A stretch of DNA of 64,000 bases. Origin: a virus. Of this stretch, positions 1 through 7,026 are shown piece after piece. How positions within the stretch are numbered: position 1 is the first letter of the stretch; each line of letters opens with the position of its first letter. The translations under genes and the position numbers were made by a program. The DNA lies in the IMG/VR virus record IMGVR_UViG_3300021541_000005; one strand, given 5' to 3'. The notes beneath the pieces were generated by a model, which did not search any database, was not told the origin of the DNA, and saw nothing but the letters and a program-made list of their open reading frames with translations.

Positions 1-273
1 ATGAACATCTTCCATAAAAAAATAAATCAGGCTAAATATCCATTAACTCCTGCTGAGCCTACTCATCGTGCTTGGACAATATATGATGAGTTAAAAGACT
101 TATGGATTGGTAATAACGCAGCAATAGGATTATTAATAATCTCAATCTGCATTATCATACTATTATTCATGATGGGTTATGCCTTTGCTAATGGACACTT
201 ACATGTCTTATCCACAGAATCCAATGTATATGAACACTTAGACCAGATTGTTTTATTCTATGGTGGTGTCTAA
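1..273 (+). CDS. Hypothetical single-pass membrane protein
   Basis: Hydrophobic stretch AAIGLLIISICIIILLFMMGYAF; start overlaps the stop of the preceding gene at 42416 in the circular map. Confidence 0.7.
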   Translation: MNIFHKKINQAKYPLTPAEPTHRAWTIYDELKDLWIGNNAAIGLLIISICIIILLFMMGYAFANGHLHVLSTESNVYEHLDQIVLFYGGV

Positions 274-277
274 ATTG

Positions 278-412
278 ATGAGTTATCGTGACAGGTACGT
301 TGAATATCATTCTTTAGAATGGGATATATTCCACAGTCCATGTGGTGAATGTGAACACCTGGGCAACTGTAAACATTACACTAGTGAAGGATGCCCAAAT
401 CAAGAGGAGTGA
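278..412 (+). CDS. Small Cys-rich protein, 44 aa (not in ORF track)
   Basis: MSYRDRYVEYHSLEWDIFHSPCGECEHLGNCKHYTSEGCPNQEE fills the gap between neighbours. Confidence 0.6.
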   Translation: MSYRDRYVEYHSLEWDIFHSPCGECEHLGNCKHYTSEGCPNQEE

Positions 413-419
413 TGATTTT

Positions 420-1043
420 ATGAGTATATATGATAAAATCGCTGATGTTCAAATGGAATTATTGGATGAGGAATTCAAAACAAAAAGAGGATATCATGGG
501 GAATATATGGGTTTGGAAGAGTTAACCTGTAAAATACTTCCTAAATGTTATAAACATGGTTTATTCTATTATTTCACTGCTAATGAAACTCATTTAATAT
601 TGAAAATCATTGACCGTGAAACTAAAGAAGCATTATCTCCAGCACCTCATGTCCGTTTACCAGAACTAAGCCGAGACATGAAAGTTGAAGGTGGGAATAT
701 TACTTATATGAAAAGGTATTTGTTAATGGATACTTTTCAGGTTATTGCTGAATCATTTGATCCTGATGACACAAAAGATGGTTTACCACCACAAAAGAAT
801 AATGATGCTAGCTCAGCACGTAAGAAAAACACTAAAAAAGAACCATCTGAAACAGTGAATGTGGATATTCCACAGTTATATAAGGATGCTTTAAAAGAAT
901 TGCGTACTGTTAAAGGATTAAATGATTCTGAAATTACAGTTTCTGCTATCAGAAAACATATTTTCAAGAATGGTACGTTTAATCAAACGGAAAGAGATGA
1001 AATTGCAAGATATGTTAAAACTACTTGGAGGCTTTCAAAATGA
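420..1043 (+). CDS. ERF-family single-strand annealing protein
   Basis: GGNITYMKRYLL...FDPDD resembles the ERF GSxxTYxxRY...DxD motif; RBS gaggagtga before ATG 420. Confidence 0.7.
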   Translation: MSIYDKIADVQMELLDEEFKTKRGYHGEYMGLEELTCKILPKCYKHGLFYYFTANETHLILKIIDRETKEALSPAPHVRLPELSRDMKVEGGNITYMKRYLLMDTFQVIAESFDPDDTKDGLPPQKNNDASSARKKNTKKEPSETVNVDIPQLYKDALKELRTVKGLNDSEITVSAIRKHIFKNGTFNQTERDEIARYVKTTWRLSK

Positions 1044-1357
1044 GTTCCTCCAATATTCATATTTTATCAGTAAGTCATTATAGGTTTGGTTTATCTTTCC
1101 TGGTGCAAGGTGAAACAGGCGAATATACTGTGGATTGGAATATTTACAAAGGATGGATTTGTGACTGTCCGCATCATCTTTTCAGGCATGCTTACTGCAA
1201 GCATATTGCTGCATGTAAAAAGTATGTCCTGGAGCATGGTTTGTTATTGCATGATAAATTATGGTTTGATGATCCAAAAAGTGATATTGTTGTGAATGGT
1301 GAAAGTGCTACTAGTCATACTTTAGTTGAGGAGGCTGTAAAAAATGGTAGTTACTAG
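1040..1357 (+). CDS. SWIM zinc-finger protein
   Basis: WICDCPHHLFRHAYCKHI = CxC-x9-CxH; ATGA overlap with upstream stop. Confidence 0.8.
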   Translation: MSSSNIHILSVSHYRFGLSFLVQGETGEYTVDWNIYKGWICDCPHHLFRHAYCKHIAACKKYVLEHGLLLHDKLWFDDPKSDIVVNGESATSHTLVEEAVKNGSY

Positions 1358-1703
1358 TGAAGATATTAAATCGGTTTATAATCATTTCTTTAAATTCCAA
1401 GAAGCTTATAAAAATCTTTTAGGTAATGTTCTTAAAGAGTTACCTAAAACCCTTTTTTATAATATTAGGGACATTGAATATGATGCTGCCTGTGATGGAA
1501 CAATTTATATTAATTTTGAGAATTGGCAGCAAATGCCTTATGATTCATTAGATGAAGTTGTAGATATTTTCAAAGGTATTTTTGAGAATGGTCATGAAGC
1601 TATGTTTAATGATTATATTTGGTATGATATGGATCCTACTTTTAATGATGATGAATTTAGTATAGGTATTAGATTGTTATCTTCTGTGAGGTGGGATGAA
1701 TGA
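1344..1703 (+). CDS. Hypothetical protein
   Basis: Overlapping operon arrangement, acidic 119-aa ORF. Confidence 0.65.
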   Translation: MVVTSEDIKSVYNHFFKFQEAYKNLLGNVLKELPKTLFYNIRDIEYDAACDGTIYINFENWQQMPYDSLDEVVDIFKGIFENGHEAMFNDYIWYDMDPTFNDDEFSIGIRLLSSVRWDE

Positions 1704-2101
1704 GTAATAAAACTAAAGTTACTCTCACTTTGGATACTGATTTGGTGGATTTGGCTAAAATCAGTTATCCTAACTTTAGTGGTAGGATGAATGAGTTGTT
1801 GAGCATTGATTTGCATGCTGAAACGGAAGAGTCTAAGCTTATGAAGGAGATTGCGAAATTACATGATGAATTGGAGATTAAGGAAGATAAGTTATGTGAT
1901 ATTCGTAAGAAACGTTCTGCTTTGGAAGGTGAGGCTTCTAATATTAAGGAGGTTTTATCCTGGGCCAGGAACATTTATGAGCGTAAAGGCGTGTTGGGTT
2001 TGAATATGTTGGAGCGTGAGTGTAAAAAGAAGAAAGTTTCTTTTAGTAAGATTAAGAATATTTTGGAGCAGGAGGATGTTGCTTTTGTCAATTTTGCATA
2101 G
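1700..2101 (+). CDS. Ribbon-helix-helix (CopG/CcdA-like) DNA-binding protein with coiled coil
   Basis: N-terminal KTKVTLTLDTDLVDLAK alternating strand then helices; central heptad pattern. Confidence 0.6.
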   Translation: MSNKTKVTLTLDTDLVDLAKISYPNFSGRMNELLSIDLHAETEESKLMKEIAKLHDELEIKEDKLCDIRKKRSALEGEASNIKEVLSWARNIYERKGVLGLNMLERECKKKKVSFSKIKNILEQEDVAFVNFA

Positions 2102-2103
2102 TT

Positions 2104-2295
2104 GTATGTATAAGTATGTATTATGTGATATTGTTGCATTAAGAAACAGTGCAAGTGTTTCAAGTGTAACTCACGGGGCTCCCGTAAGTAGAGTATGTAT
2201 TTATCTGTATTATACATACAAATACATACTTGACTTATTATTCGTTTTTTTAGAGAGAAAATTATTATTATTTATTATTTATTTATTATTACTTT
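2104..2295. promoter_or_regulatory. Iteron and inverted-repeat cluster with AT-rich tract (candidate origin or operator)
   Basis: Five GTATGTAT octamers, 11-bp perfect IR at 2192-2202/2220-2230, ACGGG-GCT-CCCGT hairpin, downstream A/T-only run. Confidence 0.5.
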
Positions 2296-2350
2296 ATCAA
2301 ACAATGATAAAATATAACAATGTTAATATTTTAACCGGAAGTGATTAAAA

Positions 2351-2626
2351 ATGATTTTAAACAAAAAAACAGAAAAATTAGGCAAATCCGAACCGATTTA
2401 CCACATATTAACAGACGGTATGACTAAAAAATATACAGAATACCTGTTGAACATATGGGACATGAAAGGTCAAGACGATACAATAGATCTAGCTCTCAGT
2501 AAAGAGATTCTATTTTTTGAAGATTCAATAGTCATAATCTCTAAAAAAGATTACGCTATGTTTATTAATTTAAATCATGTTTTAACTATTGACTTATGTA
2601 TTAAACCAAAGACTCAGGTGTTGTAA
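2351..2626 (+). CDS. Hypothetical early protein
   Basis: RBS-like gaagtga; abuts next gene. Confidence 0.6.
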   Translation: MILNKKTEKLGKSEPIYHILTDGMTKKYTEYLLNIWDMKGQDDTIDLALSKEILFFEDSIVIISKKDYAMFINLNHVLTIDLCIKPKTQVL

Positions 2627-2893
2627 ATGTGTACGTTAGATGATTTCACAGAAAAAACATTCACAGACGGTGAATACACTGTCTGGGCAGAAAACATACA
2701 ACAATTAAAAAAAGGAAACGTAATTTTCTTAACCACATCAGACAGGGAATATGACTGTATGTGTGGTTGTTTCATGAATGATATTCCAAGATGTGCCCGT
2801 GTACAAGTGGAAATATTAAATGAAGAACCTGCTCAGGATGGCATTGTTTATGCATCAGCAAAGGTCCTGGAAGTTTTAGAAGTGGGGTATTAA
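2627..2893 (+). CDS. Hypothetical early protein
   Basis: Stop-start coupled (TAAATG). Confidence 0.6.
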   Translation: MCTLDDFTEKTFTDGEYTVWAENIQQLKKGNVIFLTTSDREYDCMCGCFMNDIPRCARVQVEILNEEPAQDGIVYASAKVLEVLEVGY

Positions 2894-3082
2894 ATGAAAA
2901 ATAAAATTAGGTTCAAGTATATTTTTCAATGGAGATCTAATCCTTATGCTAACACGCCAATGACGGGCCATATGAATTACTATCGTTGGTGTGAACGATT
3001 TGTGGATAGGCTACTTCCGAAACTTAAGAAAACAGATATGGTGAGGTTTAAAAAGAAGTTTCATAGAAAAGTGGGGTATTAA
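2894..3082 (+). CDS. Hypothetical basic early protein
   Basis: Stop-start coupled, RBS gtggggt. Confidence 0.55.
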   Translation: MKNKIRFKYIFQWRSNPYANTPMTGHMNYYRWCERFVDRLLPKLKKTDMVRFKKKFHRKVGY

Positions 3083-3084
3083 AG

Positions 3085-3204
3085 ATGGATGAAAATAATA
3101 ATGGTGTGTATATTTTCCCAGATGCGGATGAATTCCTACGAGTCATGGCTGATTTGCAGGAAGAGTATAATAAAAATAAGGAGGATGATCCAGATGGAAA
3201 ATGA
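3085..3204 (+). CDS. Small acidic protein, 39 aa (not in ORF track)
   Basis: MDENNNGVYIFPDADEFLRVMADLQEEYNKNKEDDPDGK behind RBS gtggggt. Confidence 0.5.
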   Translation: MDENNNGVYIFPDADEFLRVMADLQEEYNKNKEDDPDGK

Positions 3205-3298
3205 TTTTAATTGGTGTGTTCTTGGTGAGGGTTATTGCAATGAGTGTTTAGAATGTGTATTGCAATATCATGAAAATAATGAGTGTGATGTGGAATGA
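3194..3298 (+). CDS. Small Cys-rich protein, 34 aa (3' part of track ORF 3089..3298)
   Basis: RBS aggagga before ATG 3194; MENDFNWCVLGEGYCNECLECVLQYHENNECDVE. Confidence 0.45.
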   Translation: MENDFNWCVLGEGYCNECLECVLQYHENNECDVE

Positions 3299-3489
3299 AT
3301 GAATCTGATAAACGATTAGAAGAAATCAATAATTGGTTTGCTGAAAAAATAAGGGAAGCTGTTAGGCCCAGATGTCCTTTTTGTGGTGCAAAGCTTAGTA
3401 ATTATTGGTTTTATGAACCTGTGTTTTTTAGATGTTTGCAGGAGTTTCAGATTTGTCCAGAATGTAAGAAAAAGGTGGTGAAATTATGA
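3295..3489 (+). CDS. Zinc-ribbon protein
   Basis: CPFC...CPEC pairs. Confidence 0.65.
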   Translation: MNESDKRLEEINNWFAEKIREAVRPRCPFCGAKLSNYWFYEPVFFRCLQEFQICPECKKKVVKL

Positions 3490-3656
3490 GTGATAAAACA
3501 GATGAATACATTGATGATTTTTTTCAAAAACAAAAGGAAGGAACAGCAACTATGGAGGATATTCCTGTTGTTAGAAAAATGAATAATGATGAGGAGTTAA
3601 CTGAAAAAGATTTAGTAAGTTATATTTTGATGTTAGGAATGGGGATTATAGAATGA
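3486..3656 (+). CDS. Hypothetical protein, 56 aa (not in ORF track)
   Basis: MSDKTDEYIDDFFQKQKEG...MGIIE; ATGA overlaps at both ends. Confidence 0.6.
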   Translation: MSDKTDEYIDDFFQKQKEGTATMEDIPVVRKMNNDEELTEKDLVSYILMLGMGIIE

Positions 3657-3865
3657 ACAATGCTGAATTTAACAGACTGGAAAAAGTATTATCTGAGATT
3701 CTAAAAGAATTGCAGATACAGAACAAATTGAATGCATTATCATTACTAAATAAAATTATAAAAGATGCTCCAATAATGGTGGCAACGAATGAGAAAATGT
3801 ATAATGATTTGATTAAAGGAATTGAAGAAACATTAAAAGGGTATGGGTTAAAGGAGATGAAATGA
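3653..3865 (+). CDS. Hypothetical protein
   Basis: Coupled to neighbours. Confidence 0.6.
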   Translation: MNNAEFNRLEKVLSEILKELQIQNKLNALSLLNKIIKDAPIMVATNEKMYNDLIKGIEETLKGYGLKEMK

Positions 3866-4108
3866 ATGACAAAGAAAATGATTGAAAAATATGTAATACT
3901 AGATATGGCTGGAAATGTAGTTGATACTATTGAAGATATAAATGTAGAAGTAACCACTTTGCGTATTTATAATCGTGAAACAAGTCATTCAATAGTAAAA
4001 ATAGATACTGCCCTTGGTGAGTTGAATTTATTTATTGCAAAAGCTTGTATTGATGCTTGTAATGAATTTATTCCATTAGAACCAGAAACTACTGAAGATG
4101 GTGATTAA
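3866..4108 (+). CDS. Hypothetical protein
   Basis: RBS aggagat, stop-start coupled. Confidence 0.6.
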   Translation: MTKKMIEKYVILDMAGNVVDTIEDINVEVTTLRIYNRETSHSIVKIDTALGELNLFIAKACIDACNEFIPLEPETTEDGD

Positions 4109-4349
4109 AATGTTAGAATTGTATGGGCGCTGTGGAAAAGATGTTGAAATAATTAGTTTTGATATTAAGACTATGGTTGTTATTGTGAAAGATAAAATGA
4201 ATGATATCACTTACAAAGGAGTAGTAGATAGTTGTTATGTGAATGCTGATCAGCTGTATCGAAAGTTCAATGGTGATGTTGGTGATGTAGAGTATTCATT
4301 AAAAATTTCTTTGAGGGAGTATGTGGTGATAAAAAATGACGGCGATTAA
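4098..4349 (+). CDS. Hypothetical protein (start may be 4110)
   Basis: RBS ggtgat before ATG 4110. Confidence 0.55.
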   Translation: MVIKMLELYGRCGKDVEIISFDIKTMVVIVKDKMNDITYKGVVDSCYVNADQLYRKFNGDVGDVEYSLKISLREYVVIKNDGD

Positions 4350-4668
4350 ATTTAAAAAAGAATTTTTTAAACCTATTAAAAATGGAGTTAAAACTCAAAC
4401 TTTAAGAAGGCGTAGATTGGATGTAGTTCCTGGTGACTTTGCAGTATGTGTTTTTGAGGATTGTCCTGAAAAAATATTCGTCACTATTACTGATGTGGGT
4501 TACAAAATGTGGAAAACACTAAATGTTGAAGATGCAAAGCTTGAAGGTTTTGGATCTTTACATGATTTGAAAATGTGTTTATTACAAATCTATCCTAATA
4601 TTCAGCCTTGGGATAGGTTTTATTTTTACCGTTTTGAAGTTGATGGTTTTACTGAAACAATGGAGTAA
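4336..4668 (+). CDS. ASCH-domain protein
   Basis: IKFKKEFFKPIKNGVKTQTLR and EDAKLEGF are typical ASCH motifs. Confidence 0.85.
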   Translation: MTAIKFKKEFFKPIKNGVKTQTLRRRRLDVVPGDFAVCVFEDCPEKIFVTITDVGYKMWKTLNVEDAKLEGFGSLHDLKMCLLQIYPNIQPWDRFYFYRFEVDGFTETME

Positions 4669-4674
4669 ATTATA

Positions 4675-4926
4675 ATGTTCAAAGTCGTGAATGAATATTA
4701 TATTCAAAATGAGGAGACTGGAGAGTATTTAGATTTGAAAAAGGCATGTGGGGTATTAAATGAGCAACAGATGTCTATTAATCAAGTTAAAAAAGAGAAT
4801 GAGCAGTTAAAACAAAGAGTAATGGAATTAGATGACCTAAAATGGATAAGAGAAAATACAGTATGGGAACAAATGCCAACAAGGGCAAGAACATGTACAA
4901 AAACAAGTTTAAATGGTGATGAATGA
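4675..4926 (+). CDS. Hypothetical coiled-coil protein
   Basis: LNEQ...KKENEQLK heptads. Confidence 0.6.
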   Translation: MFKVVNEYYIQNEETGEYLDLKKACGVLNEQQMSINQVKKENEQLKQRVMELDDLKWIRENTVWEQMPTRARTCTKTSLNGDE

Positions 4927-5166
4927 ATGACTAAAGAAAAGCGTTATGAGGCACATATTGGCTATAACCATGATTTTGTAAGAGATAATCGTACTGGGGT
5001 AGTACATGATATTTTTTCATGTGAAGAACTATTGAATAATTATAATGAAGAGAATAGGAAATTGAGTCGTGCATTAATGAGATTGTCTGAAAAGAATGTT
5101 CAATTGAAAAAAGAATTAGATCATCAAGAGAAATATGTGGAGCATGAAAGTTATGGGGTGTGTTGA
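4927..5166 (+). CDS. Hypothetical coiled-coil protein, possibly paralogous to 4675..4926
   Basis: LLNNYNEENRKL similar to the neighbour's LN...ENEQL. Confidence 0.6.
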   Translation: MTKEKRYEAHIGYNHDFVRDNRTGVVHDIFSCEELLNNYNEENRKLSRALMRLSEKNVQLKKELDHQEKYVEHESYGVC

Positions 5167-5484
5167 ATGACTATAATGGAAGAGTTACTTGAACAAAACA
5201 GGAATAAAAACCTTGGAGAAAAAGCAGCAAAAGAAGCTTTAGATAAAGTATTTGGTTATACTATTACCCAGGAACAATTAAACCAACTACAACATTGTGC
5301 GGGTGAACTATTTAACATAGGAACACATTGCCAGCAAAAATGGGATAAAAGTATTTGTTCTGGAACTGCTGAAGCATGTGAAAGAGAGGGTGCATTTGAA
5401 TTGTTAGATAAATTTTATAAAATGCATTACCGGTTAGTTAATGAGATTGCAGGTGATGTTAAAATTGATGGTGAGGTAGAATGA
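5167..5484 (+). CDS. Hypothetical protein
   Basis: Stop-start coupled. Confidence 0.6.
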   Translation: MTIMEELLEQNRNKNLGEKAAKEALDKVFGYTITQEQLNQLQHCAGELFNIGTHCQQKWDKSICSGTAEACEREGAFELLDKFYKMHYRLVNEIAGDVKIDGEVE

Positions 5485-5570
5485 CTCTAATTAGAATCCT
5501 TATGGTTGGCCTAGCAATACTTGTGATAATTTACATTGTTGAATATTTAATGAATATGGAGTTGCCCTAA
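5481..5570 (+). CDS. Small membrane peptide, 29 aa (not in ORF track)
   Basis: MTLIRILMVGLAILVIIYIVEYLMNMELP; RBS ggtgagg; ATGA overlap. Confidence 0.5.
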   Translation: MTLIRILMVGLAILVIIYIVEYLMNMELP

Positions 5571-5572
5571 AA

Positions 5573-5854
5573 ATGTTATTTAAAAATATGAGATTTTATG
5601 ATAAGCAAAGTGTATTGAATTCATGGAAAAGTAAAATACTAGAAAAAACATTAAATTTATTGGATGATGCTGGTATAAGTGTGCGGGTGACTGTTTTGAA
5701 AAGGTATATTGAATATCTACTTGAAGATACTCATTATGATCCGTACACTAATGTGTTTTATGAGCCTGTTAGTAGGTTTAAATTTAGTGCAGATATTTTT
5801 TCTACTATTGCTTTTGAGTATATTTGTGAGCATTTAGATGAGTTTAAAAAGTAA
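5573..5854 (+). CDS. Hypothetical protein
   Basis: 93-aa ORF with RBS ggag. Confidence 0.6.
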   Translation: MLFKNMRFYDKQSVLNSWKSKILEKTLNLLDDAGISVRVTVLKRYIEYLLEDTHYDPYTNVFYEPVSRFKFSADIFSTIAFEYICEHLDEFKK

Positions 5855-5866
5855 AGGCAGGAATGA

Positions 5867-6133
5867 ATGGCAGTATGTAAAGCGTGTGGGAAAGAATTTA
5901 CTAAAAAGTATAAAACTGAGAAATATTGTTGTGATGACTGTAGGGAAGTTGCTTTAAAGCAGCAATGGCGTAATGCTTCCCACAGGCATTATCACAAACA
6001 TAAAAAAGAATGGGGTCCTATTAAACGTTATGGTGTAGGTACTGGTACTTTAGGTCCTCATGCTAATACTGATTTTAATTGTGAGAAAGAAACTATCAAA
6101 CGTGAAATGGAACGTTTACGTTTGAAATCTTAA
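5867..6133 (+). CDS. Zinc-finger protein, last gene of the early operon
   Basis: CKACGKEF...YCCDDCR; followed by oligo-T tract. Confidence 0.7.
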   Translation: MAVCKACGKEFTKKYKTEKYCCDDCREVALKQQWRNASHRHYHKHKKEWGPIKRYGVGTGTLGPHANTDFNCEKETIKREMERLRLKS

Positions 6134-6137
6134 TTTT

Positions 6138-6167
6138 TTTTATTTTTATGAGAGTGTATAATGAAGA
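6138..6167 (+). promoter_or_regulatory. 30-bp motif copy 1 (candidate late promoter)
   Basis: TTTTATTTTTATGAGAGTGTATAATGAAGA, identical at 15896..15925. Confidence 0.6.
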
Positions 6168-6173
6168 TGAAAA

Positions 6174-6332
6174 ATGTGTAATCATGACAAATATAAAAAT
6201 TTTAAATCCATGGAAATTTATTGCAGAGAATGCAAAGAACACGATGCGTTATATGATCATGTCCATGATGAAGTTTTCTGCCGTCATTGTGGGAAGGTCT
6301 TACGCATGAATTATTTCTGGTTAAATTTTTAA
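6174..6332 (+). CDS. TFB/TFIIB-type zinc-ribbon mini-protein, 52 aa (not in ORF track)
   Basis: CRECKEHDALYDHVHDEVFCRHCGKVL = CxxC-x15-CxxC with the YD, E and G-x-V positions of TFB ribbons. Confidence 0.7.
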   Translation: MCNHDKYKNFKSMEIYCRECKEHDALYDHVHDEVFCRHCGKVLRMNYFWLNF

Positions 6333-6536
6333 AAGTAAAAAAACAAAAAAACTTGACGTTTTTTTTAAGTCAAATATGTTTACACGTTAACAAGCTTTGT
6401 CGGTTATAAAAGTAGTTTAGACAGCCATAATAGAATCATAAAAAAAATTTTGCTCCCATATTGAATTAAATTAAAAAATTTCTATTTGATTGTGATTTAT
6501 ACACATTTTCATCTTTTTTTCATAAACTTAAGTTGT

Positions 6537-6643
6537 GGAGATGTTTAAAAAGAAGACATTTATTTTTTCAGGTCATTGTGTTACATTTTGATGTGATGTT
6601 TATAATTCTTTCATCATTGAGGGTTTGAATCCCTTCATCTCCA
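6537..6643 (+). ncRNA. tRNA-like element or decayed tRNA (acceptor stem and T arm intact)
   Basis: GGAGATG/CATCTCC 7-bp stem plus discriminator A; GAGGG-TTTGAAT-CCCTT T arm; no paired D or anticodon stem. Confidence 0.5.
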
Positions 6644-6684
6644 ATCCCAAAAAAGGAAAAAATGATTTTTTTAGGTGATTTAGA

Positions 6685-7026
6685 ATGAGTGATACAAATT
6701 ATATTGGAAATGGAAGTTCTATTTTTAAAACGATAGGATTATTGATTGCAGGATACACTACTCCATGGTTAATAAAAATACTATTATTGTATTGTGGTAT
6801 TGATTTAACGGGACAAGCAACTGAAATAATGCAAGGTCTAGGAGTAATCATAGGAATTATTCTATCATATGTAGATATGAAGTACACAAACAACTTCTTT
6901 AAAAAAAATCAAATCACAATCGAAGACTACATAACCTATGGAATAAAACACTTTGGCCTACAACCAATATCTGTAGAAAGTGCTTGTGAAGACTGCAAAT
7001 GTGGTGATAACGATGACATCACCTAA
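6685..7026 (+). CDS. Membrane protein, holin-like candidate
   Basis: Two hydrophobic helices, charged C terminus; RBS aggtga. Confidence 0.55.
   Translation: MSDTNYIGNGSSIFKTIGLLIAGYTTPWLIKILLLYCGIDLTGQATEIMQGLGVIIGIILSYVDMKYTNNFFKKNQITIEDYITYGIKHFGLQPISVESACEDCKCGDNDDIT

Noticed and set aside
2100-2300. Mini CRISPR array
   Set aside because: Repeats are only 8-11 bp, mixed in orientation and irregularly spaced
6153-6162. Bacterial extended -10 (TG-TATAAT) as evidence for a bacterial host
   Set aside because: Pseudomurein enzymes, archaeal tRNA determinants, TFB-type ribbon and TATA boxes all point to an archaeal host
6504-6515. Long-range pairing of CATTTTCATCT with the 5' end of the transcript at 6165-6176
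   Set aside because: Short A/T-rich match, expected by chance in this composition
6565-6575. Selenocysteine or opal-suppressor tRNA (TCA triplet in the tRNA-like element)
   Set aside because: No paired anticodon stem, 7/5 rather than 9/4 stem layout; CAG register fits better
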